Shown in pieces: positions 12,593 through 25,311 of a stretch of DNA of 64,000 nt. How positions within the stretch are numbered: position 1 is the first letter of the stretch; every line of letters starts with the position of its first letter. The notes under the pieces were generated by a model. That model had not been told where the DNA came from. It made no database searches and worked only from the letters and a program-made list of their open reading frames with translations. The DNA is from Eledone cirrhosa (Eukaryota), in contig OZ024746.1 of NCBI GenBank assembly GCA_964016885.1, positions 9,920,001-9,984,000 of the forward strand, read 5' to 3'. Position numbers and translations under genes: made by a program.

Positions 12593-14068
12593 TCTCTGGC
12601 TCTCTTCTTCAATTCCCCTCTCTGGCTCTCTTCTTCAATTCCCCTCTCTAGCTCTCTTCTTCAATTCCCCTCTCTGGCTCTCTTCTTCAATTCCCCTCTC
12701 TAGCTTTCTTCTTCAATTCCCCTCTCTAGCTCTCTTCTTCAATTCCCCTCTCTGGCTCTCTTCTTCAATTCCCCTCTCTGGCACTCTTCTTCAATTCCCC
12801 TCTCTGGCACTCTTCTTCAATTCCCCTCTTGTGGCACTCTTCTTCAATTCCCCTCTCTGGCACTCTTCTTCAAATCCCCTCTCTGGCTCTCTTCTTCAAT
12901 TCCCCTCTCTGGCACTCTTCTTCAATTCCCCTCTTGTGGCACTCTTCTTCAATTCCCCTCTCTAGCTCTCTTCTTCAATTCCCCTCTCTAGCTCTCTTCT
13001 TCAATTCCCCTCTCTGGCTCTCTTCTTCAATTCCCCTCTCTGGCTCTCTTCTTCAATTCCCCTCTCTGGCTCTCTTCTTCAATTCCCCTCTCTGGCTCTC
13101 TTCTTCAATTCCCCTCTCTGGCTCTCTTCTTCAATTCCTCCTCTCTGGCACTCTTCTTCAATTCCTCCTCTCTGGCTCTCTTCTTCAATTCCCCTCTCTG
13201 GCTCTCTTCTTCAATTCCTCCTCTCTGGCACTCTTCTTCAATTCCTCTCTCTGGCTCTCTTCTTCAATTCCCCTCTCTAGCTCTCTTCTTCAATTCCCCT
13301 CTCTGGCTCTCTTCTTCAATTCCCCTCTCTGGCTCTCTTCTTCAATTCCCCTCTCTGGCACTCTTCTTCAATTCCTCTCTCTGGCTCTCTTCTTCAATTC
13401 CCCTCTCTGGCTCTCTTCTTCAATTCCTCCTCTCTGACACTCTTCTTCAATTCCTCCTCTCTGGCTCTCTTCTTCAATTCCCCTCTCTAGCTCTCTTCTT
13501 CAATTCCCCTCTCTAGCTCTCTTCTTCAATTCCCCTCTCTGGCTCTCTTCTTCAATTCCCCTCTCTGGCTCTCTTCTTCAATTCCTCCTCTCTGGCACTC
13601 TTCTTCAATTCCTCTCTCTGGCTCTCTTCTTCAATTCCCCTCTCTAGATCTCTTCTTCAATTCCCCTCTCTAGCTCTCTTCTTCAATTCCCCTCTCTGGC
13701 TCTCTTCTTCAATTCCCCTCTCTAGCTCTCTTCTTCAATTCCCCTCTCTAGCTCTCTTCTTCAATTCCCCTCTCTGGCTCTCTTCTTCAATTCCCCTCTC
13801 TGGCTCTCTTCTTCAATTCCTCCTCTCTGGCACTCTTCTTCAATTCCTCTCTCTGGCTCTCTTCTTCAATTCCCCTCTCTGGCTCTCTTCTTCAATTCCT
13901 CTCTCTGGCTCTCTTCTTCAATTCCTCCTCTCTGGCACTCTTCTTCAATTCCTCTCTCTGGCTCTCTTCTTCAATTCCCCTCTCTGGCTCTCTTCTTCAA
14001 TTCCTCCTCTCTGGCTCTCTTCTTCAATTCCCCTCTCTGGCTCTCTTCTTCAATTCCCCTCTCTGCCT
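12593..14068 (+). repeat. 26-bp pyrimidine-rich minisatellite, roughly 55 units
   Basis: Unit TCTGGCTCTCTTCTTCAATTCCCCTC, with TCTAG, GGCAC and 27-bp TTCCTCCTC variants; the 26-aa periodicity of the overlapping ORFs equals 3 units. Confidence 0.95.
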
Positions 14069-14408
14069 CTCTTAGATACCTCCTCTCTTCTTCTCTTCTT
14101 CAATTCCTCCTCTATATTGATTCCTTCTCATTACTTTTTCTGCGTCCATTTATATAATCATAATGACATCTTCCATTCATAACATCTTTTATTTGAGCCA
14201 TCAACGACGACTCTATGTAATTACTCAGCCTGCTAGAATTAGCAGCTATATAACCCTTATTAACCTATCTTTAAGATCTGAGAACATATAGGACAATGTT
14301 ATTTAGAAAAAAAGAAGGGATGTTTATGGCTGGAAAGCCTTTCATCATACATTTGGTCATTCAACAATAGCAATAACCTATATATATATATATATATATA
14401 TCATTATT

Positions 14409-14588
14409 TGGCAGAATCGGTAGAGCGTCAGACACCATGCTTTCTAGCATAGTTACATCCCTTTACAGTCTGAGTTCAAATCCCGCCGAGGTTAACTTTG
14501 CCTTTCATCCTTACGGGGTCGATAAAATAAAGTACCAGTAATGTACTGGGTAATTGCTGGCCTTGTGCCTAAAGTAGAAACAATTATT
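14409..14588 (+). mobile_element. tRNA-derived SINE with Nin/Deu-like domain
   Basis: TGGCAGAATCGG, GAGTTCAAATCC, GCCTTTCATCCTTACGGGGTCGATAAAATAAAGTACCAG, (ATT) tail. Confidence 0.82.
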
Positions 14589-15204
14589 AGCATTTTTTAC
14601 ACATCCATTACTTTTATAGACTTCAGATACATTTTCGAAAACTGGGATTTTTCTTTTGGTAATACTTCAGTGGAAAATTGAAAGAATCTTTAGAGTGTCA
14701 GGCAACTATATCCATGCTTTGTGGTGTTTGTTCCAGATCGTTACATTCTGAGTTCAAGTCCAACCAAGGTTGACTTTTCTTTTCACCCCCCTGTGATCAA
14801 TGAAATAAAGTACCATTCCATGGAAGTGAATTGGTGAAATTGTTAGAGCATGAGAAATAAATGTTTTCCTGTATGAGTTAGAGATCTATACATTCTGGGT
14901 ACCCAACTTATCTTTATGATAGTGTCTTGTAAAATATACTCAAAGGTAGGCAACAGGAAACCACATTTGTATTCTCCTACAAAATTTGATAACATGCACA
15001 CAACACTTGTCTATGAAGTTACCAGAGGTTGTTTGCTGCTAACATTTACCTGCTAACATAGAAGAATATTTTGCTAAAAGACCAATGCACAAACCCTTAT
15101 CAATGTTCAGAAAACAGAATCATAGAATCATTTCTTCTGATCAACAACAACCTCATTAGTCTTACATATGATTAGCTAAACCAGGAGACCTCTCAAAATA
15201 ACCC

Positions 15205-15235
<31 letters not shown>

Positions 15236-15578
15236 TTAACATCCATTTTCCACACTAGCATGTCAGATCAGAAGCAAGTCAGATCAGATGACCATGTTTT
15301 GCATATACAGAACAGTTTCTGGCTTGGTTTCTATGGCTGGTTGCCCCTTTAATGAACAGCTGCTGATCATGTATATACTCTTTTACTCATTTCAACTATT
15401 TTACCATGGCCATACTGGGGCACCACCTTAAAGAGATTTAGTTGATCATGTTGACACAAGTACTTATTTTTTCAGGTATCATATTTATTTTATCAATCTA
15501 TTTTCATCAAAGTAATAAGCAATGGGACATGGACAGAGAAGTAAACACAAGTGTAAAACATACACACACAACACACAC

Positions 15579-15624
<46 letters not shown>

Positions 15625-16233
15625 AAAGTATATCTAGGACCTCAAATCTTTTTTTTTTATACTCTAAGGTATAATTTGTGAAAGGTTTGGCTGCTATTTC
15701 TAACAGGCTGAGCAACCATGTAAAGGCTTTCTTATTGTCCCTGTAGATTTCATGTAGGTGTGTAGTAGGAGTAAGTGCAAAATGATGAAGGAATGAATAG
15801 TGATAAAATAATTAAAATAGGTGCAAGTTGGCTTGCTAAACAAAATTTGACTACACTAAAAATTACACATTTGATGGATGCAGAACAACTTGTATTTCAT
15901 TTAAAATATCTGATTGGCTGAACATTATCAAGTTATATACTTGAGTTGGTTGGACAACATCCAACTACAAAGTTGGTTAGCTGAAAGATATTCAACTAGA
16001 TTTTTGATTGGCTGAATACTAATTTATTTTGACTACACAAGCCCCCACCCCCCCCACCCCAATGTTTTTCTTTATTGGCCACATAATAATAATAATAATA
16101 ATATAATAATAATAATGATTTGTTGCTAAAAAGTCAGTGGTTTATCACCTTTTGAACTTGCTGCTCATAATTTCCTGATTATAAGGAAGAAATTCAGCTG
16201 TTTCAATTGATACAACATCCAGAGTGTATGTAT

Positions 16234-16563
16234 ATCATCATCATTTCATTTTACGTCTACTTTTCCCTGCTTGCAAGGGTGTGACGGTAACTGATTTTGG
16301 CTTGATTTCTACAGCTGGATGCCCTTCCTAACACCAACCTCATTTACAGTGAGTGCCGGGTGCTTTTTTGCCGTAGCACCTCCATGACCACTTTAGAGTG
16401 GAATGATAGGGACCCCAGTCTCATTTCTACAGCTGAGTAAACTGGAGCAATGTGAAATAAAGTGTCTTGCTCAAGGAAACAACACATCACCCGGTCTGAG
16501 AATTGAACTCACAACCTTTCGATTGCAAGGCCAATGCTCTAACCACTAAGCCATGTGCCTCCA
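16234..16563 (-). mobile_element. Complete tRNA-derived SINE (tRNA head, CORE-like block, shared UTR block, RTE-B tail)
   Basis: Minus strand: A box TGGCTTAGTGG, B box GAGTTCAATTC, CCTTGAGCAAGACACTT block, AGGAAGGGCATCCAGC block, tail CCCTTGCAAGCAGGGAAAAG...(GAT)n. Confidence 0.85.
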
Positions 16564-16622
16564 TATATATATGTGTGTGTGTATATATATATATATATAT
16601 ACACACACACATATAACCATGC

Positions 16623-16672
16623 CCATTCCGAGCTGAAGATCCGCTAAGGTGAAACAATTGTTCTCGGTATGG
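16623..16672 (+). ncRNA. Minimal type-I hammerhead ribozyme motif (Penelope-like type)
   Basis: Stem I CCATTCCGAG/CTCGGTATGG; core CTGAAGA; stem II TCC-GCTAA-GGT (T.T at base); GAAA; palindromic loop III CAATTG; TT cleavage site. Confidence 0.72.
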
Positions 16673-17098
16673 TGAACTAACTGTTGTGTAACCACTTCTA
16701 TATATATATATTTTATACAAGGATCGGAATTAGAGTATTCCGCAGTTCACAGTAATAATAATATTAGCTCAAAGAAGAACAAAGAATTTTCAACTGAGCT
16801 CAAATACAAATATATTACACAGAGAGAAGTGTGTTACACAGTGAGATGTGTGTAAAGAATTATTACATGTGAGTTTAACCGTTACTGTATGGAAAACAAC
16901 ACCTACAGGTTAGCAATTAAATAGAAAGAACACTAAGTTCAAATCTCTGAAGTAGAGTTTTAAATTACCAACCTTATAACTATAAGCTTGCTGATATGAA
17001 TCTATTTCGTTTCGCTACTGAAATGTGTAGTGTAAAAGTCTACAGGTTCCTCGGTCAGCAATATATATCTGTTATTTTAATAAATATATATATATACC

Positions 17099-17209
17099 GG
17101 TGGAGATGACGAGGGACCGTGATGAGTGGAGAGATGCTGTGCTGAATAAGACCCGTCCCACCCTTGCAAGCAGGGAAAAGCGAACGTAAAATGATGATGA
17201 TGATGATGA

Positions 17210-17212
<3 letters not shown>
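17099..17212 (+). mobile_element. RTE family B 3' tip
   Basis: Matches the reverse complement of 26401-26517; lies between TA runs. Confidence 0.88.
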
Positions 17213-17282
<70 letters not shown>

Positions 17283-17441
17283 ACTGCTCCTAATGAAAAC
17301 ACTTTTTTTTTATTTATATTGGTGAGCTGAAATTTTAGGTTCTAATACGGACTATCTGTAGCAGTTTTATTAACCTATACTTTTGTCAGACAATATGATT
17401 AATTACTTCATGTATTAATCAATATTTTAATATATATATAA

Positions 17442-17608
17442 TAATTGTTTCTACTATTGGCACAAGGCCAGCAATTACCCAGTGCATTACTGGTACTTTA
17501 TTTTATCGACCCCGTAAGGATGAAAGGCAAAGTTAACCTCGGCGGGATTTGAACTCAGAATGGCAGGGGCCGTAACTCTATGCATCAAATCATGGTGTCC
17601 GACCCTCT
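17442..17608 (-). mobile_element. Nin/Deu-like SINE
   Basis: Reverse complement of the 14409 family. Confidence 0.82.
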
Positions 17609-17782
17609 ACCGATACTGCCAATTCACCGTCATTATATATATAATAATAAATATGGACGGGGTGTCAAATTTTTATTTTATATATATATATATAATGTGC
17701 ATATGTATGTGTATATATATACATATATATATATATATGTGTGTGTGTTGGGAGGTATGCTATTATTTACTACAGAATAAAA

Positions 17783-17973
17783 AGGGCGGTGGATTGGCAG
17801 TATCGGTAGAGGGTTTGACGCCATGCTTTCCAGCATAGTTACGTCCCTTTATGATCTGAGTTCAAATCCCGCCGAGGTTGACTTTGCCTTTCATCCTTAC
17901 GGGGTCGATAAAATAAAGTACCAGTAATGCACTGGGTAATTGCTGGCCTTGTGCCAAAAGTAGAAACAATTAT
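17783..17973 (+). mobile_element. Nin/Deu-like SINE
   Basis: Full copy with A and B boxes. Confidence 0.84.
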
Positions 17974-20715
17974 TTACTACAGAATATAATAAGAGATTTT
18001 AGTTAATGCCAACATTGTATATAATAGAAAGAACTGTTGCTTTGTAATAAGCAAGGCAATCTCTCAAGTGGTGATGCCATGATAAAATGTACCCAGTACA
18101 CTCTGTAAAGTGTTTGATAAGAGGACTCTTTTGACTTATCAAGAACATGACAACCTCTGTAGTGCTGGCATCATGATAAATTACTCTAAATACATTCTGT
18201 AAAGTGTTTGTTGTTTGGAAGAGCCCTTCAACTATAGAGCCCCTGCTAAAACATGGAATGTACAATTGAGTTGTGGTTCTTTAACTTGTCTAAGATGACG
18301 ACACCTTTGAATAAGATATCACTCATACTGTAATGTACCATCCAACCCATGTGTATAACATAATTATGAAGACAGATGTAAACACGTAGTTTTCATAAAC
18401 AACATCTACATGAAAAGAAGAAGAGAGATCAGCCAAACTAGTTTCAATCCTGTTTTGGGATATCATCAGTCACTGAATACCTTCTTTAACAACCAAAAAG
18501 ACATTTCTTATAAAGTCACTAATACTGCATACTCAAATAAACTGGATAAACCAACTTGCATATTTTAAAGCATGAAACTTCTAAATATTTCTTATAGTAA
18601 TTTTGTCAGAGAAAGTTTACAGTCAGCACTAAAATATTTCCTTAACAATAAACCGTACTTGTATACTATATATAATTGGTTTTAACTTGTAAAATATCTA
18701 TTATGATTATTGACTATTTACTACTATCGTTTAGAAAAGCTTGCATGCCCATCTCGACATGTACATATACTCTCAGACATATATATATCTTTTAAAACTG
18801 GAAAATTTAAGTGATTATTCTTTAAAGCATTTTGTCTTCCCTGTTTTCATTTATATTATTAGTATTTTAAGAATTTTCCATGTAAAACCTTCTTCTCCTG
18901 TCAAAGGATCTCTCTTCCTGTGACATTTCAAACCAACTCAAACCGATGTTATCTGAAACATTTTGATTTGAAGAAAGAAGATTCTACTCTTAAGTGTACA
19001 TTTTCTTCATTATCTCAGTACAAAAAGCAGAACTTGAGACATTTTTAAGCTTAGGTATAACATACTTTTCATTTTTCATCTAATTAATCTTGACTATAGG
19101 AGGTGAAATCTCCTTAAAAGAGGTAATTAAGTGATACCAATTTCCTTCTCATTCCTGCCAACTAGCTTATGGGGGAAATCAGATTCAAGCGTCTCTCTTG
19201 TATTAAAGCCACTTGAAAGGCCTTTTTTTATTGTTTTTATATACACATATGTATATGAGTGTATATATATATGAGTGTGTGTGTATATATATATATATAT
19301 ATACTCTCTGAATAATCTCCATGACAGCTGTTGTTCTTGCTTACATCTGTATCACTTTTTTGTCAGTCTAAAGAAACTATTTCTGCTAATGGCTAGACAC
19401 CTTATTTATCTTATTTTCCTTTCACAAATTACCAATGGATTTTCTTTCAACATATCAAACCATAATGTAATCTTCATACATTTTGTTGTTGCTTTTTTAT
19501 TTGTTTTCTACATCTACCTATTTTTGTTTAAGGGAAAAAAATAAAACTGTTTGGAATAATTTATCTCCCCCACCCAACCAATTTCACCATAAGATATTTG
19601 GTTTGTCTGTCTAGTAATCTAGTAATGAATAAACCAGTCTTTTGAAGAGTTGCTGACACTTGAAGGTAAAAGAAAGAGTTGGAGGGGGAAGATAGAAGAA
19701 ATTACCCTTTAGCTTAACTGACAAAATTCCTAAGAACTATAACCATAATACCTAAACAACTTCCCAAACAATATTCTTTCACTTAAAACTATTTAGCAAG
19801 TCCATGCCTATGCTGAAAAGTTTTCTTTGGTTAAATCATAAATGTTATGATTAAGGTCTTAAGACCATAATTTAGGAGAAATATTCAGTAATATTTCATC
19901 TCAGGCAAATACAGATAACAGATTTTTATAGCAGAATTAAGAGAAAGTCATTTTGGCAGTGAACATTTGTATTATGCCCATAGGCAAAGCAATAATTCTA
20001 CTAGCTAAGCTGAATAGTATGTTTCACTTTCATATCAAACATCAAGTGGTTAGTCTTAAGAAGAAAATAAATCTAAAGAAAAACTGACCTCTGCTTTAAT
20101 AATTCATATTCAAATAACTCAACTTCCAGAATGGAGCTGAAGATTCAGTACTTTGTTAATATTATTTACAGTAAAAAAATTAAACAAACATGTCTAAATT
20201 TTATACAATAAACTACAATAGTCAAATTTTAGAATAGTTATTACTTTTGATCATTATATTCAAATCTTATTCCTATTTTTGTAGAAAACTTGCATCAATA
20301 ATAAAATTATGTTTGTCTCTTTTTAAATTGTATGTCATACTGACTATTGAAGCACAGGAAAAGTACTAATTTGTTTGAATATAAATTTTCTATTTTAGTA
20401 ACTAAACATTATTTCATATTTAAAGCTACTTCATTAGCTTCCAGGTGCCTATAAAATGTTCAACTATTCTATAATTGAAGAAATATTTTAATGAAATGGT
20501 AATCTCAAATGACAACAAACATGACACACTGTCAGTACACTAAATATCATATTACCTCAAGTTCAAAAGTTTAATTTTTTATATATTCATTTACTTTCAT
20601 TCCAGTTTAATTCAAATTTTGGTAGCAATTTATAAAATCAAAAGCAGTAGATTATTTGTTCTTTACCTGAAATGCAGTCAGATTTATAACTTTTTTTTTT
20701 TTTTTCTTTTTGAGT

Positions 20716-21091
20716 GAAGGCACGTGGTTGAGTGGTTAGAGAATTGGATTCGTAATTGTGAGATCGTGAGTTTGATTCCTGGACGGGGCAATGCATTATG
20801 TCCTTGGGCAAGATACTTTATTTCACGTTGCTCCTTCTACCTGGAGTTGCGACCGATAGAGAGTATTGGCAATTGGAAAGACCGATGGAAATATTGTTTC
20901 CTCGGTCCGATTTGACGAAAAGTCGATTGACTGTCGATATTTATTGGAATTAAGGAGGGCACTAGCCATAGAAAGCACACCAAATATAGAATATATAAAC
21001 ATGATGTCTCTCTGACCTGTCTAATCTCAGGCTGTTCCATCCAACATCATGCCAATGTGGAAGGCTGGCATAAAATGAGGATGATGATGAT
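20716..21091 (+). mobile_element. tRNA/CORE-like SINE with a different central segment and a decayed RTE-type tail
   Basis: TGGTTGAGTGG, GAGTTTGATTCC, GTCCTTGGGCAAGATACTT; ends in (GAT)n. Confidence 0.7.
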
Positions 21092-22209
21092 ATTTCCTTT
21101 ATTTTGAAAAAAAAGTTTTAATTTTTTTAATATTTATTATATTAGTTAATTTGTATTATTTATTCATTCAAAATATATTTAAATATATTTATTTTATTTT
21201 ATTAAGATAAAATCAAGAATTATTTTTAATGATATTTTAAAAAAATTTGTATAAATATCAGTACATCCATACATTGTAGAAATTGTTAGAATTAATATTA
21301 AAGTCCTAACTTTCTTGACATTCAAATAAATCTTTCTAGTTAGTTTAAACACATATTGAGATGCTACTGTTATTTTTCTTTTATCTATCTGTAGACAATT
21401 AGCTGACCTTTTAGTAGTGATGGAAATGTTTTTAAAGAATTAATCAATATCTCTCCCACTTAATGTATGCTGTATTAGTTCTTTAAAAAAAACACAGATA
21501 TATTCCATATAAAAGTTCCTTACTCTATTGGTGTTTCCTGTTTTGTTTTTCTTTTTTGTGTGTGTGTGTGTGTGTGTGCCTACAGATAAAGTTTTGTGTT
21601 GTTGCTATTTAACCCTATAACCTCTCAACTACCAATCAGTTCTGATTGAGTAGATCTATAATCAAAGACGTATTCTAGCCATGATAATATTAGCTTATTT
21701 TAAAGTAGTGTAGTTAATATGAAGCATTGTGAGATATGTAGTAAATGATTGATAAGGTTTTTTTAAAGCCAGTACAATATGGTAAAAAAATATGAAGGGC
21801 AAATGGTGTCAAATGAAACAAAACAAAGTAATGTTTTACCCATTCTATTTCAGGGCCATCACCCTCTTTTCAAATGTGAAGCTGAAACAGTCCAAGACAA
21901 AACAAACAAACTATCAGAGTTTTCAGAGTTTTCTTCCCTAAAACACATGCATATGTGCAAGATCACTACTGTAACCATTATGTTACTTTGTATAGATGTA
22001 ATGTCTCTAGATCTATATTATCCAATGTGTTTATTGTATATTTTTTAAGATAGTTTGGTGTGATTTGAGACAGATTTGGCTGCTATTTCTATCAGGTCGA
22101 ATGGCTATATAAAGAATTCCTCATCAACTAATATAAAATTGGAATATAACACCAAGAAGTCAAAATTTATGTAAAGCATTGTTTTTATTATCAGTTTTTC
22201 TTTAACATT

Positions 22210-22470
22210 TCAAGTCAGGATAAAGTGGGAAGCATTGGTAGATAAGGAAGTCAGGACTAGGTACACAGATACTATTGCATCCAAATTCAGAGAACTCCCT
22301 GAGCAAACTGAGGATGTTGAGACAGAATGGAGATTGCTCAGCTCAGCAGTTTCTACATCAGCTGTTAAATGCTGCAGGCAAATGAGGCTTGGTGTGACGC
22401 CAGATGACAGGAGGATCCTTTGATTCAATCAAGAGATCAAAAATGTCATCCGAGCAAAAAAGCTGTATAG
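22210..22470 (+). pseudogene. RTE-like EN-RT linker fragment
   Basis: EDVETEWRLLSSAVSTSAVKCC...FNQEIKNVIRAKK resembles the LINE linker around the W-W motif. Confidence 0.55.
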
Positions 22471-22702
22471 TGTGGGCTGAGTGATTTTTGTCATGACACT
22501 TATACATAAGCATTTCACAGTGTGGACTGGGCACTCAATGTCGTGGCACCAAGATGACCAGTTTGTAGTGTGGATTGAGGACTTGGATAAGGGAGATGCA
22601 TGGGGATTGGGTAGGTATATCTAGGAGTAAGATATATAATGTAGTACAAATTTGGTATAAATATCCAAGGTTAGAGCACCCAGTCCTTAGGACAAGTTAG
22701 AT

Positions 22703-22833
22703 ATAGGCACTTAGGTTTTGTTGGGTTATTCACCCCAACTCATTCAGCCTGTGTCATATAATTAGAAACCTTATGACAGGCTGAATGATTTTGGGTATTG
22801 GGGTGAATAACCCAAGGAAACTTAAGAACCAGT
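22703..22833. ncRNA. Inverted pair of decayed hammerhead-like motifs with CTGAATGA core
   Basis: Minus copy: ACAGG-CTGAATGA-GTTGGG-GTGAATAA-CCCAAC-AAAA-CCTAAG-TG-CCTAT. Plus copy: ACAGG-CTGAATGA...CCCAAG-GAAA-CTTAAG-AA-CCAGT. Confidence 0.55.
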
Positions 22834-22853
22834 ACATGTCACTGTTGTAACTA

Positions 22854-22927
<74 letters not shown>

Positions 22928-22930
<3 letters not shown>

Positions 22931-23215
22931 TGCATCTTCACTTATCATGATATCGCTTTTCCGAAATTCGATTTACCGGACGGCTATTTCTATACTACAA
23001 ACAATGTGTATTTGAAGGTTGTTTATGAAGGTTTATGTTTATGATTCCATTTTTACGGGCGATAAACATGATTGATTAAAAGAAGCCAAAACATTAGAAA
23101 CCTCGAGCATTATGTAACAATGGGATTTTAGAATTCACTTATCCGGATATTTCACTTAACCGGATCTTTTTCTAACTGTTTGGTTTTGACCGTCCGGATA
23201 AGCGAAGATGCACTG
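22928..23215. mobile_element. pogo/Tigger-like MITE
   Basis: TIRs CAGTGCATCTTC(A/G)CTTATC at both ends, each flanked by TA; 288 bp with no transposase. Confidence 0.8.
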
Positions 23216-24729
23216 TATATATACATACACTGTAGTATAAGTTTGGTAGAAATATCCAAGGGTGAGAGCACTCAGTCCATAGGATGAGTTCAGATCTTTC
23301 TTTATATAACAGGCTGAATGAGTTGTATAACTCAAGTTGTATAATGGTGTATAACCCAAGGAAACTTGTATATGTCACTGTTGTAACTAATTATATTTAT
23401 ATATATATATATATATAACATCATCATCATTTAACGTCTATCTTCCATGCTAGCATATATATATATATATGTGTAACATGCTCTGTCTGTCCCTCCTTAA
23501 GCACACATACACATATACACACATCTTTGTATTGATTAAGGAACTATTTATTAAAAAACAATATAACACAAGTAAAACTCACACTGTCTTCTTCATTACA
23601 GATTTTTAGAAAATAATAAATGCAACTAGAATTTTTTCCAACAATAAAATTCATTTGACATTTTAGAAAACTACATTGTCTTGTACATCTTTTGTTTATA
23701 ATTTTTTAAATAATTTTTTAGTTTTTAGTTTTTTCCTTCTGACATGTCATTTGCCATTGAACAAATAACATTTTCTAACTAGTTACTTTTCGATGTCACC
23801 ATGCCTAGATAGAAAGCCATTTGATTTTTAATGAAAAGAATATCTTTGAGAAATAAAAATTTAACTTGCAGCCAATAATGACAAAACACATTTATTCTGC
23901 AAAAGTATTTTACAAATACACCCACACATACACATAAACACACATGTGTGTGCATATATATATATATTTCATCATCATCGTCATTTAACATCCATTTTCC
24001 ACACTAGCATGAGTTAAATGTGTTGCCCCATTGTGAAACAAATTGGATCAGAAGACCTTGTTTTGCTCACACAGAAACGTTTCTGGCTTGGTTTCTACAG
24101 CTGCCCTTCCTAATGCCAACCACATTTACAGTGTCTTTTATCGTGGCACTAAAATGACCACTTTATAGTGTGGACTGAGCACTTTTTGTTGTGACACCAA
24201 CACAATCACTTTACAGTGTGGGCTGGGCGCTTTTTGTCATGGCGCCAAAAAGACAACATTACAGTGTCGATAGGGTGCTTTTTATCTTGCCACCGACACA
24301 ATCACTTTACAATGTAGACTGAGCCTTTTGTCACGTCATCAAAACAACAATTTTACTGCGTGGATAGGTTTTTTTATTGTGCCTCCAACACAACCATTTT
24401 AAAGGTTAGACTGGGTATATATATCCCAACCCTTGCTAGCAGGAAAAACAGACATTAAATGATGATGATGATGATGAATGATGATGATTGAACCAGGGAT
24501 GCTTCCTGGCACTTAGTGCCAAATGAAGCCACTTTCACTTGCAGCATTTAACAGTTAAAGCAGAAACTGCCGAGCTGAATAGTCCCCACATCATTCAACA
24601 TCCTCCCTTTGTTTAGTGTGTGCTGGGTGTTTTATGTCATGACCCCTATATGACCACTTTACAGTGTGGGCTGAGCATTTTTTGTGATGCCTACATGAAC
24701 ACTTTAGAGTGTGTCATATACATACATTC

Positions 24730-24769
<40 letters not shown>

Positions 24770-25311
24770 CATCATCACATTTTACATCCATTTTTCGATG
24801 CTTGTGTGTGTGTGTGTGGTGTTTGCTTGCTAGAACTGTATGAAATATACCTTTATTATGACCACCAATCAAAAGTTAATTTGTTATACTGTTAATTATA
24901 AGAATTATAATATAATGATATTAACATATGATATAAAAATGTAATTTTATGAGGAATCATTGAAAATAAAATTAATAAAATATAATGACCATGTAGAAAA
25001 TTTTGATCAGAATTTTGTTACCTTAAATCATATGTCTACCTATTATATACTATAATTAAATATATCTTTGTGTGTAATCAAAACTCTAATTTAAACTTCT
25101 ATACATTCTTCCAGCTATAATTTAAAATAGCATGAAGTTTATCCGTGCAGAGATCAATAATTAATAATTGTGTAATTGTGTGATATTAATTATATCACTG
25201 CTTTATAATTTATTCAACAACTTTCATAGGATTTCAACTATTTTTACAAGATCTTGAGTGAATGTTATTTTTATGATTGGAAAATTATTTTTTTTTTTTT
25301 TTTTTTGCTGT

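Noticed and set aside
12552-13437. 137-aa and 202-aa repetitive ORFs; CRISPR-like appearance
   Set aside because: Direct tandem 26-bp units with no unique spacers and no cas genes, in eukaryotic DNA.
16500-16563. tRNA gene
   Set aside because: A/B boxes run into SINE body and tail, and no complete cloverleaf is evident.
16987-17062. Minus-strand CTGACCGA...GAAA hammerhead-like string
   Set aside because: Stems I and III cannot be placed in register with the core; left unclassified.
24120-24420. Repeat-spacer (CRISPR-like) pattern
   Set aside because: Diverged tandem copies of the ~48-bp retroposon UTR unit.
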